DNA from: Gemmatimonadales bacterium
GTDB lineage: Bacteria; Gemmatimonadota; Gemmatimonadetes; Gemmatimonadales; GWC2-71-9
Assembly (NCBI GenBank): GCA_036559745.1
Contig: DATBSO010000071.1
Span: 8,331 to 72,330 of the forward strand
Reading direction: 5' to 3'
DNA length: 64,000 nt
The notes beneath the pieces are model-generated. The model did not search any database, was not told the DNA's origin, and worked only from the letters and a program-made list of their open reading frames with translations. This document shows positions 54,011-61,966 of this stretch, piece after piece; positions within the stretch are counted from its first letter, which is position 1, and each line of letters starts with the position of its first letter. The translations under genes and the position numbers were made by a program.

Positions 54011-55440
54011 TGCCCCTCGCTCCAAAAATCCTCGTCGCCGACGACGATCAGGCGTTGTCGCGCACGCTCTCCTGGATCCTCAAGGAGAACGGCTACGAGG
54101 TCCTCACCATCCCGGGCGGCGAGCGCCTGTTCGAGCACCTCCAGGCCGAGCCGTTCGATCTGCTCCTGCTCGACATCATGATGCCCCGGGTCGACGGCCT
54201 CCAGCTTCTCCAACGGGTCAAGGCCGATCCCCGCTTCAAGGATCTGCCCGTGCTCATGATCTCCTCGATGCCGCCCGAGGAGGCCACGGTCCGCTCCCTC
54301 GGGCTCGGCGCCGCGGACTTCATCCCCAAGCCCTTCCGCGTGCGAGAGCTGCTCGCCCGGGTCAAGGCCCACCTGCGGGTCGGCCGTGAGCTCAACCAGG
54401 CCCGCGCGGAAGCCCGCACCCGGTCCGAGATGATCGACATCATGCAGGAGGTCACCGCGTCGTTGAAGCCGGAGGAGATCTACCAGATCCTCGTCCGGCG
54501 CGTGGCACAGGGGCTCAACATCTCCCGATGCTCGATTGTCATCGCCGGCCCCGAGGAGGAGACCGGCAGGGTGGTCGCGGCATTCGAAAACCCGATGCTT
54601 CACAATCTGCCCGTCGACCTGAAGCGCTATCCGGAGATCCAGCGCGCCCTCGACACTGGCGAGGTAGTGCTCGTGCGCGATACCACGACCGATCCGCTCT
54701 ACACCGGCGTCCGCCAGGAGTGGCTGGCGGAGGGCAAGCCGGTCGAGACGCGCTCGGCCATCGCGCTCCGATTCTCGCTCCGCCAGGAGCCGGCCGGCGT
54801 CTTCTTCCTCCGGACCACCACCGAGGACGCGCCCCTCAACGAGCAGGACGTGAGCTTCGCCGAGCAGGTCATCAGCGCCGCGGTGGCGGCGCTGGAGCGG
54901 GCCTACGACCTCGAGAGCGCGGTCATGGGCCAGGAGCAGATGCGTCACCTGGCCGAGACTGATCCACTCACCAACTGCTTCAACCGGCGCGCGCTGATGG
55001 AAAAGCTGGAGCAGGAGATGGATCGCGCGGCCCGCTACGCCACCATGCTCACCGGCATGATGATCGACATCGACAACTTCAAGCAGATCAACGACACCCA
55101 CGGCCACCTCGTGGGCGACAAGGTGCTGAAGCAGCTCGCCAATCTCCTCAAGCGCGAGCAGCGGTCCGTGGACATCGTCGCCCGCTACGGCGGCGAGGAG
55201 TTCGTGGTCCTGCTGCCCGAGACCACCAACACCGAGTCGCGGAACTTCGCCGAACGTATTCTCCGGCGAGTCGCGACCCACGATTTCGGCGAGGCCGGCC
55301 ATCCGGTCCGCGTGACGATCAGCGTCGGGATCGCATCGTACCCCGACGAGCGCGTCACCGACGGAGACTCGCTCCTGCGTCTCGCCGACACGCACCTCTA
55401 CCGGGCCAAGAGCGACGGCCGGAACCGAATTCGCGATTGA
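54010..55440 (+). CDS. response regulator receiver + GAF-like + GGDEF diguanylate cyclase
   Basis: The receiver is ILVADDD...LLLLDIMMPRVDG...KP. The GGDEF domain contains ...DHFKQINDTHGHLVGD-like IDNFKQINDTHGHLVGDKVL and RYGGEEFVVLLPET. The ATG shares 1 nt with the upstream TGA. Confidence 0.9.
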   Translation: MPLAPKILVADDDQALSRTLSWILKENGYEVLTIPGGERLFEHLQAEPFDLLLLDIMMPRVDGLQLLQRVKADPRFKDLPVLMISSMPPEEATVRSLGLGAADFIPKPFRVRELLARVKAHLRVGRELNQARAEARTRSEMIDIMQEVTASLKPEEIYQILVRRVAQGLNISRCSIVIAGPEEETGRVVAAFENPMLHNLPVDLKRYPEIQRALDTGEVVLVRDTTTDPLYTGVRQEWLAEGKPVETRSAIALRFSLRQEPAGVFFLRTTTEDAPLNEQDVSFAEQVISAAVAALERAYDLESAVMGQEQMRHLAETDPLTNCFNRRALMEKLEQEMDRAARYATMLTGMMIDIDNFKQINDTHGHLVGDKVLKQLANLLKREQRSVDIVARYGGEEFVVLLPETTNTESRNFAERILRRVATHDFGEAGHPVRVTISVGIASYPDERVTDGDSLLRLADTHLYRAKSDGRNRIRD

Positions 55441-56459
55441 GCAACCGGCGCTGTCCCCGGTGTCAGACGGTGTACCAGCCACCAGCCCGGTACTGCGTCA
55501 AGGACGGGTCACCGCTGGTGGACGAGGAGACCGGCGCTGAGGGCGAAGCCGATACCATCCCGGCCGAGGAGGCCAACCGCTACGCGACGCTGGCCGGCAA
55601 GGTTCTCGATGGGCGGTACCAGGTGGACAAGCGGCTCGGCGAAGGTGGGATGTCCTACGTCTACCACGCGAGAGACATAGAGACCGGCGATACGGTCGCG
55701 CTCAAGATCCTTCTGCCCCGTCTCTCCCGCGATCCCGCCGCGGTCGAGCGCCTCCGCCGCGAAGCGTCGATCGCCGAACGCTTCAATCACCCCAACGTCT
55801 GTCCCATCCTCCGGCTCGGCGAGAGCTCGGATCGCATGCTCTATCTGGTCATGCCCTACCTCGAGGGCGAGGCCCTGAGCGACCGGGAAGCCACCGTCGG
55901 ACCGTATCCGCTGAGCGAAGGGATCTCCATCCTGGTCCAGGTCTGCCGCGGCCTCCAGCACGCGCACGATCTCGGCATCGTCCACCGCGACCTCAAGCCA
56001 GAGAACATCATGCTCGTGCCGGAGCCGGACGGTCCGCGCGCCGTGGTGATGGACTTCGGCCTCGCGAAGCAACGGCGTGCCGGCCCCGAGCTTGCCAAGC
56101 TCACCGCCACCGGGATCGTGTTGGGGACGCCCGAGTTCATGAGCCCGGAACAGATCCGGGGGAAGCCGCTCGACGGCCGAAGCGACGTCTACGCCCTCGG
56201 TGTCCTCGCCTTCGAGCTGTTCGCCGGACAGCTGCCGTTCAATGGAAAGTCGGCCCAGGAGATGATGATCGCCCGACTCCGCGGCTCGCCCAAGCGTCTT
56301 CGCCAGATCCGCGAGGATGTCCCGGGCAAGCTGGAGGCGGTCATCGAACGCTGTCTCACGCTCGAGCCCGCCGGTCGGTACCAGACGATGGACGAGTTGG
56401 GACATGCCTTCGAGGCGGTCGTGAGCACGGGAGTGCTGGGGAGGATATTCGGGCGCTGA
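55437..56459 (+). CDS. Ser/Thr protein kinase with N-terminal zinc-ribbon
   Basis: CPRCQTVYQPPARYCVKDG, the VALK lysine, the catalytic loop HRDLKPENIM, and DFGLAK. The TTG start overlaps the upstream stop (TTGA). No TM segment seen. Confidence 0.88.
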   Translation: MSNRRCPRCQTVYQPPARYCVKDGSPLVDEETGAEGEADTIPAEEANRYATLAGKVLDGRYQVDKRLGEGGMSYVYHARDIETGDTVALKILLPRLSRDPAAVERLRREASIAERFNHPNVCPILRLGESSDRMLYLVMPYLEGEALSDREATVGPYPLSEGISILVQVCRGLQHAHDLGIVHRDLKPENIMLVPEPDGPRAVVMDFGLAKQRRAGPELAKLTATGIVLGTPEFMSPEQIRGKPLDGRSDVYALGVLAFELFAGQLPFNGKSAQEMMIARLRGSPKRLRQIREDVPGKLEAVIERCLTLEPAGRYQTMDELGHAFEAVVSTGVLGRIFGR

Positions 56460-56575
56460 GTTGGAACTCCAAATCATTGCTTAGAATAGATTTGCCACAT
56501 TTGCAGCCCCTCGCCGTTCTCGGCAAAGTCCTCCCTATTAGTCAGTCATTTTGGCCGAAAATCAGGCCTCGCTCC

Positions 56576-56592
56576 CGGCACGGTGAGTGCTT
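56576..56592 (+). promoter_or_regulatory. sigma54-like -24/-12 element CGGCACGGTGAGTGCTT upstream of hsp20
   Basis: GGCACG is a perfect -24 element (GG at 56577-56578). GC at 56589-56590 is at correct spacing, and the -12 element reads GTGCT rather than TTGCT. It lies about 57 nt upstream of the start at 56649. Confidence 0.4.
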
Positions 56593-56648
56593 CCTGGTCA
56601 GCCAGTCGACGGAAGCCGCACTGACCAACTCAACCCAAGAAGCGAGGC

Positions 56649-57110
56649 ATGACCATGTTTGTCACAACCCGGCGTTCATTGGAGCCTTTCGCCGGCCTCC
56701 GGCGCCTGAACAGCGTGCTCGATGAGGCCTTAGGCAACTGGGCCTTCCAGCCCGAGAACGGCAGCGCCATCACGGCTTCGTGGACCCCCGCCGTGGACGT
56801 CTTCGAGGACAAGAACACCGTCAAGATCGTGGCGGAGCTCCCCGGCGTGAAGTCGGAGGACGTCAAGCTGAGCATCGAGAATCAGGTGCTCACGATCCGC
56901 GGCGAGAAGAAGCAGGAGGCCGAGGAGAAGACCGAGCGCGTCCATCGCTATGAGCGCAGTTACGGCATCTTCGAGCGGGCGTTCGCGCTGCCCAGCACCG
57001 TGGATCCGGACAAGATCGAGGCTCGGCACCAGGACGGTATCCTCACCGTCACCGTACCAAAGGCCGAGAAGGCACGGCCCCGCGAGATCCCGGTCAAGGC
57101 CGGGAGGTAA
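56649..57110 (+). CDS. small heat-shock protein (Hsp20/alpha-crystallin family)
   Basis: The alpha-crystallin domain is WTPAVDVFEDKNTVKIVAELPGVKSEDVKLSIENQVLTIRGEKK...ERSYGIFERAFALP...GILTVTVPK. Confidence 0.92.
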   Translation: MTMFVTTRRSLEPFAGLRRLNSVLDEALGNWAFQPENGSAITASWTPAVDVFEDKNTVKIVAELPGVKSEDVKLSIENQVLTIRGEKKQEAEEKTERVHRYERSYGIFERAFALPSTVDPDKIEARHQDGILTVTVPKAEKARPREIPVKAGR

Positions 57111-57162
57111 CCCTCCGTAGTTCTACGGACCCGCGCTCCGGACCCGCGCGGATTACCCTCCG

Positions 57163-57195
57163 GGAGGGCACACCATACGTTGGTATGTGCCCTCC
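57163..57195 (+). promoter_or_regulatory. perfect 10-bp stem GGAGGGCACA / TGTGCCCTCC that encloses the hemA GTG start codon
   Basis: Read directly: arms at 57163-57172 and 57186-57195 with a 13-nt loop. The GTG start (57187-57189) sits in the 3' arm. An SD-like GGAGGG forms the 5' arm. Confidence 0.45.
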
Positions 57196-58386
57196 CATCT
57201 TCCCTTCCATGTTATTGGGGTCAGCCACCATAGTGCCGGGGTGGCGCTGAGGGAGCAGTTCGCCCTCACGCCTCCTCAGATCACGGCCTGGCTCGAGCAG
57301 TTGAAGGAAGAGAGACTGACCGCTCTGCTTCTCTCGACCTGCAATCGATGCGAGCTGTATTGGTGCGACGAAAGGGATCGCGAATCCTCGTTCCGCGATT
57401 TCGCGGCCTCCCGCGGCGTGAGCGGGGCCGTGGGGCTGGAGCGCTGGGAAGGACTCGATGCGATCCGCCATCTCTTCCATGTCGCCGCAGGTCTCGATTC
57501 CCAGATCCTCGGCGAAACCGAGATCCTCGGTCAGGTCCGGCGCGCCTTCGACCTCGCACGGGCCGCCGGGACCACCACGCGGGAGATGGACCTCCTATTT
57601 TCCGCGGCCCTCGCCGCGGGACGGCGGGTACGCCGCGAGACCTTGCTCGGACGCCACCCCTCATCGGTCAGCTCCGCCGCGGTGGATCTCATGGCGAGCT
57701 GTTTCGGCGGAGAGCTGACTGGGCGGCGGGTCGTGGTGCTTGGCGCGGGGGAGGCAGCAGAAGCCGTCCTCCGGACGTTGCATTCGCGCGGCGCCGCCGG
57801 TGTCACCCTCGTCAACCGCAATCCCGGCCGGGCGACGGTCCTCGCGGAGGCATGGGGCGCCATCCCCCGCGCATGGGATGATCTCACTTCGCTGGCCGCC
57901 GACGCCGATCTCCTGACCGTCGCCACCTCATCCTCCCGGCCGGTTCTCTCGGTTGCCGAGTTGGAGCAGACCGTGGCCCGGCGGAACGGCCGTCCTCTCC
58001 TCGTGATGGACCTCGCGGTGCCACGGAATGTCGAGCCCGCGGCGCGCGGGATCGCCGGGATCCGGCTCTTCGACCTCGACGATCTCCAGCGGCTCTGCTG
58101 CCCCGCCGCGGACACGCAATCCGAGGCGCTCGCTGAGGCGCACCGGGTGTTGGGAGAGGAATTCGGCAGGCTGGAAGAGACGCTCCAGGGACACCGGTCG
58201 GCACCGCGACTCGCGGAGCTGCATCGCCTCGGCGCGACCGTGGCGGAGCAGGAGGCAGCGTGGGCGCTCGATCAGCTCGCGGAATTGTCCGAGCGTGAGC
58301 GTGAGGTCGTGCGGGAGATGGCGGACCGGGTCGTACGGCGAGTCCTGTACCCGGTCAGCCGGTCGCTGCGGCAGCCGGAGCGGTAG
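57187..58386 (+). CDS. hemA: glutamyl-tRNA reductase
   Basis: VIGVSHHSAGVALRE...LLSTCNRCELYW contains the catalytic Cys motif. An NADPH Rossmann motif VVVLGAGEAAE is present. GTG start taken from the track. Confidence 0.9.
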   Translation: MPSHLPFHVIGVSHHSAGVALREQFALTPPQITAWLEQLKEERLTALLLSTCNRCELYWCDERDRESSFRDFAASRGVSGAVGLERWEGLDAIRHLFHVAAGLDSQILGETEILGQVRRAFDLARAAGTTTREMDLLFSAALAAGRRVRRETLLGRHPSSVSSAAVDLMASCFGGELTGRRVVVLGAGEAAEAVLRTLHSRGAAGVTLVNRNPGRATVLAEAWGAIPRAWDDLTSLAADADLLTVATSSSRPVLSVAELEQTVARRNGRPLLVMDLAVPRNVEPAARGIAGIRLFDLDDLQRLCCPAADTQSEALAEAHRVLGEEFGRLEETLQGHRSAPRLAELHRLGATVAEQEAAWALDQLAELSEREREVVREMADRVVRRVLYPVSRSLRQPER

Positions 58387-59455
58387 CCCCGGAGCCCACT
58401 TTCGGTAGTGCGCGGCATGATGGATTGACGCAGCCCGGGCACCGGTCGGGATACTGCGTCGAGTGAAGACGCCCCGACGCAAGATGCTCGCGCACGATGT
58501 CGGCAAGCGCATCCACGAAGTCCGGCCGGTCGTTGAGCGCCGGCACGCGCTGGAAATTCGAGATCCCTACCCGTTTCGCCAGCCCGCCGTATTCCCGGTC
58601 CAGCTCCGACAGCGTCTCGATGTGATCGCTCGTGAACGCGATCGGCACCACCAGCACGTCCTTGTAACCCTTCTCTCCCAGCTGCCGGATCACCTGCTCC
58701 GTGTGCGGCCCCAGCCACCGCACCGGCCCGACCTCCGACTGGTAGGCGAGCAGATACGGATTGGGCGCCGCGAGACGGTCGATCACGCGCTGCACGCTCG
58801 CGCCGATTTCCTGGGGATACGGATCGCCCCGGTCGACGATGTGCAGGGGGAGGGAGTGGGCGCTGAAGAGCAGAAGCACGCGGTCGCGCGTCTGCGCCGG
58901 ATACCGCTGCAATCCCTCGCGGACGGTGCCGGTCATCGCGTCAATGAAGCCCTCGTGCAGCGGCCAGCGGTCGATCAGGCTCCACGCGAAGCGGCCGTTC
59001 ACGCCGGTGCGGTCGAGGGCGCGCCACAGCTCGTTGAGACTCGATCCGGTGGTGGCACAGGAAAACTGGGGGTACTGCGTGAACGCGACTGCCCGCTCGA
59101 CCCCGTCGTCGGCCATTGCACGGAGGGCGTCATCGCTCGTCGGGGTTACGTAGCGGAAGGCCACGTAAAAGGCATGCGGCGCGGTGGCGGGCGACAGGCG
59201 GTCGAGCCGCTCCACCATCCCCCGTCCCTGCGCCGTGGTGTAGCGAAGGATCGGTGAGCCCCCACCGATCGCCTGGTACAGCTCCCGCACCTTGGGCGCG
59301 CGGCGCTTTGCGATGAAGGGACCCAGCCAGCTCTGAAGGGGGAGTTTGATGATCTCGCGGTCGGCGAACAGCTCGATCAGGAACGGCTCCACCTGATCGA
59401 GTGTGGCCGGCCCGCCCAGATTCATCATGACGATGCCGGTTTTGACTCTTCCCAT
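58355..59455 (-). CDS. hemH: ferrochelatase
   Basis: The N-terminus is GIVMMNLGGPATLDQVEPFLIELFADREII. Also ...LLFSAHSLP... and ...AFTSDHIETL... Its 3' end overlaps the hemA 3' end by 32 nt (convergent genes). Confidence 0.92.
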   Translation of the reverse strand: MGRVKTGIVMMNLGGPATLDQVEPFLIELFADREIIKLPLQSWLGPFIAKRRAPKVRELYQAIGGGSPILRYTTAQGRGMVERLDRLSPATAPHAFYVAFRYVTPTSDDALRAMADDGVERAVAFTQYPQFSCATTGSSLNELWRALDRTGVNGRFAWSLIDRWPLHEGFIDAMTGTVREGLQRYPAQTRDRVLLLFSAHSLPLHIVDRGDPYPQEIGASVQRVIDRLAAPNPYLLAYQSEVGPVRWLGPHTEQVIRQLGEKGYKDVLVVPIAFTSDHIETLSELDREYGGLAKRVGISNFQRVPALNDRPDFVDALADIVREHLASGRLHSTQYPDRCPGCVNPSCRALPKVGSGATAPAAAATG

Positions 59456-59459
59456 GGGC

Positions 59460-60134
59460 TCAATATAAGCCGGGCGACCCGCCCCCGATCACACCGGTCT
59501 CGAGGGCGAAGCGCGTCAGGTCGGCGACGGTCCTGAGCCGCAGCTTGCGCATCATGCTCTCTCGGTGGGTCTCCACGGTCCGGTGGCTGATCCCCAGCTC
59601 GGACGCGATCTCCTTGTTGGTCTTCCCGCTGGCCACCCGCTCCAGAACCTCGCGCTCCCGGCCCGTCAGCTGCGCCAGCAACCCGGCCGGCGACTCGGCC
59701 TCCTGCCCGCGCACCACGGCCGTCAGCCGCTTCGCGATCGGCGGGCTGAAGTACGACTCTCCGCTGCTCACGGCCCGGATTGCGCCACGGAGCTCGGTGG
59801 CCGCGGTGTCCTTGAGGAGGTACCCGTGTGCTCCCGCCCGAACGCTCTCGAGCACGTATTCCGTGTTGTCATGCATGCTAAGGATGAGCACCCGTGTGTC
59901 TGGGCTGCGCTCGCGAAGCTCCGCGGCGACGCGAAGGCCGGAGTCTCCCGGCATGGAGATGTCGAGCACGGCGACGTCCGGCGCGAGCGCGAGCGCGAGG
60001 GCGAGCGCCTCCGCTCCGTTCGACGCCTCACCGACCACCTCGAAACCAGGCTCCCCTTCGAGTACGTGCCGGATACCGGTCCGCACGATGGCGTGATCGT
60101 CGGCGACGAGGACGCGGATCACGGGTTCGGTCAT
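59460..60134 (-). CDS. NarL/FixJ-type response regulator (receiver + LuxR HTH)
   Basis: The receiver is RVLVADDHAIVR...VAVLDISMPG. The HTH is LTGREREVLERVASGKTNKEIASELGISHRTVETHR. Confidence 0.92.
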   Translation of the reverse strand: MTEPVIRVLVADDHAIVRTGIRHVLEGEPGFEVVGEASNGAEALALALALAPDVAVLDISMPGDSGLRVAAELRERSPDTRVLILSMHDNTEYVLESVRAGAHGYLLKDTAATELRGAIRAVSSGESYFSPPIAKRLTAVVRGQEAESPAGLLAQLTGREREVLERVASGKTNKEIASELGISHRTVETHRESMMRKLRLRTVADLTRFALETGVIGGGSPGLY

Positions 60135-61912
60135 GCGCGCCCCTCGCTCGTCACGGGGACCTCCACCTCGAGCCAGGCCCCGCCGCCCGGCCGGGGTCCG
60201 AAGCGCACGCGGCCTCCGAGGGCGTTGATCCTCTCCCGCATGCCGGCAAGACCCATGTGCTCGTCATCCTCGAGGAGCCCGGACGCCGCGACAGCGGCGG
60301 GGCCGCGACCATCGTCTCCAACCTGGAGCGTCACGCCCCGGGGGCTCATCGCGAGCCCGATGTCCACGGAATGGGCGCCGGCGTGTCGCAAGACATTGGA
60401 CAGCGCCTCCTGGAGCGCCCGGAAGAGCGCCAGCTCCGCTTCTTCGGAGAGTGGCGGGAGCGAATCAGGCGCGGCCAGCCGGATGTCGATGCCGCTCCGA
60501 TCGGCGAACTCGGCGGCGAGCGAACGGAGCGCCGGCAGGAGACCGAGGTCGTCGAGCAGCGACGGCCTGAGGTCGTTGGTCACGCTCCGGATGCTCCTGA
60601 TGCCGGTATCGATCAGACCAAGAACCGTGTCCAGACGCGTCGCCTGCGGATCGGAGACCTCGTCCCTCAGCACACCCAGCTCCATCTTCACGGCCGAAAA
60701 TACCTGGGCCGTCTCATCGTGCAGCTCGCGCGAGAGGCGCCGGCGCTCCTGCTCGTTCTGCTCGACCATACGCGCGGAGAGCCGGGCCAGCTCGACCGTG
60801 CGGATCTCGAGCCGGGCATAGAGGTCGGCATTCTCGAGCGCCGCGCCGACCTGCTGGCCCAGCGCGACGAGAAAGCGATCGTCGAGCGCCGTGAAGGGGT
60901 CGCGCGCGTCGCCGACGATGACCAGCGCGCCGATCACCTGCTCTCGGCGAAAGAGTGGAAGCACCGCGGCATAGGGATAGGGCGCCGAGTCGCCGTTCCG
61001 CCACGCCTGGCTCACCTGTGGTCGCCCGGTCTGCAGCGCGCGTCCCAGAACCAGCGCGGCGGTTCCCCGCGGTTCTGCCCCGTCGGGCTCGTGATACACC
61101 CCGGCGCTGCGGGCGAGACGTGGGCCACTCTCCGACATGAGGTACAGCGCGCTCCCGCGGACGGCGGGCAGGGTGAGCGGGCGGGCCAGCAGCGCGGCGA
61201 GCACGTCCTGCTCCCGTCCCGCCGACTGGAGGTCGCCCGAGAGAGCGGAGAGCGCGCTCAAGCCGCCCCGCAGATCATCGAGCACCAGCAACAGGATGCC
61301 CGCACCGATCGCCAGGGTGAAGACGATGTCGAGGTAATAGCCCCACGGCGTCCATGCTCCGCGGGCTCGAAGGAAGGGATAGTCCAGGTGGTGCAGCCCC
61401 CAGAGCCCGAACGAGACCGCGAGCAGCGTGGCGCCACTCGAGGCCACCCGCCGGCGATACCGGTAGAAGGCCCACCCCGTGCCGAGCGTCGCGAGACTCA
61501 GGAACAGGACGGCGGGCCCGGCGGCCCAGAGAAACTGATCGAGCCGGTAGATCGCGATGTAGGACCAGAGGGGAGGAAAGAGAAGAAGGGCGAAATACCA
61601 CGATCGCCACTGCGCGGCCTGGGAGAAAACGAGAGCGGCGTAGAGCAGCGCGAGCGCCGTCCAGCCCGTGATCACCTGATGCCAGTAGAGCCAGATCCAG
61701 TTGCCGGTGAGAAGAAAACTCGAGATGGCCCCGATCCGTACCACGTACAGGGCCCACGCGCCGGCCCATCCGGCGAAGTACGGCTTCCGATACCGGTGAT
61801 AGAGGAACGCGCAGAGCAGTGCCACCGCCGCGGTGAGGACCGCCTGCAGCAGCGCGGCATGAAGCTCCTCGGTCGCCGTGGCCGGAACGTGGCCTTGCAT
61901 GTGGCGAAACAA
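60131..61912 (-). CDS. sensor histidine kinase (multi-TM N-terminus, GAF, HisKA_3, HATPase)
   Basis: The H-box is RRLSRELHDETAQ. The ATPase region is ...NVLRHAGA...GDDGRG...GLAGMRERINALGG. About 6 N-terminal TM helices and a GAF-like segment are present. The track start is a TTG at 61912, and an ATG at 61900 is more likely. ATGA-type overlap with the response regulator gene. Confidence 0.88.
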   Translation of the reverse strand: MFRHMQGHVPATATEELHAALLQAVLTAAVALLCAFLYHRYRKPYFAGWAGAWALYVVRIGAISSFLLTGNWIWLYWHQVITGWTALALLYAALVFSQAAQWRSWYFALLLFPPLWSYIAIYRLDQFLWAAGPAVLFLSLATLGTGWAFYRYRRRVASSGATLLAVSFGLWGLHHLDYPFLRARGAWTPWGYYLDIVFTLAIGAGILLLVLDDLRGGLSALSALSGDLQSAGREQDVLAALLARPLTLPAVRGSALYLMSESGPRLARSAGVYHEPDGAEPRGTAALVLGRALQTGRPQVSQAWRNGDSAPYPYAAVLPLFRREQVIGALVIVGDARDPFTALDDRFLVALGQQVGAALENADLYARLEIRTVELARLSARMVEQNEQERRRLSRELHDETAQVFSAVKMELGVLRDEVSDPQATRLDTVLGLIDTGIRSIRSVTNDLRPSLLDDLGLLPALRSLAAEFADRSGIDIRLAAPDSLPPLSEEAELALFRALQEALSNVLRHAGAHSVDIGLAMSPRGVTLQVGDDGRGPAAVAASGLLEDDEHMGLAGMRERINALGGRVRFGPRPGGGAWLEVEVPVTSEGRA

Positions 61913-61966
61913 AGGCTAAGAATCGGGGCCGCGCAACTCGACCATCTCACCCGCGGAAGTTGCCCT

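Noticed and set aside
56461-56520. TTGGAACTCCAA palindrome and TGCCACATTTGCA upstream of hsp20 as a heat-shock operator or sigma54 site
   Set aside because: These do not match the CIRCE or HAIR consensus as I remember them. The second string lacks the GG dinucleotide and has the wrong spacing.
59894-61966. 5' two-thirds of the 1260-aa plus-strand ORF
   Set aside because: It is antisense to the response regulator and histidine kinase genes, which have clear H-box, HTH and receiver motifs. Only the part from the ATG at 61967 onward (a lipoprotein signal, then DUF885 motifs) looks real.
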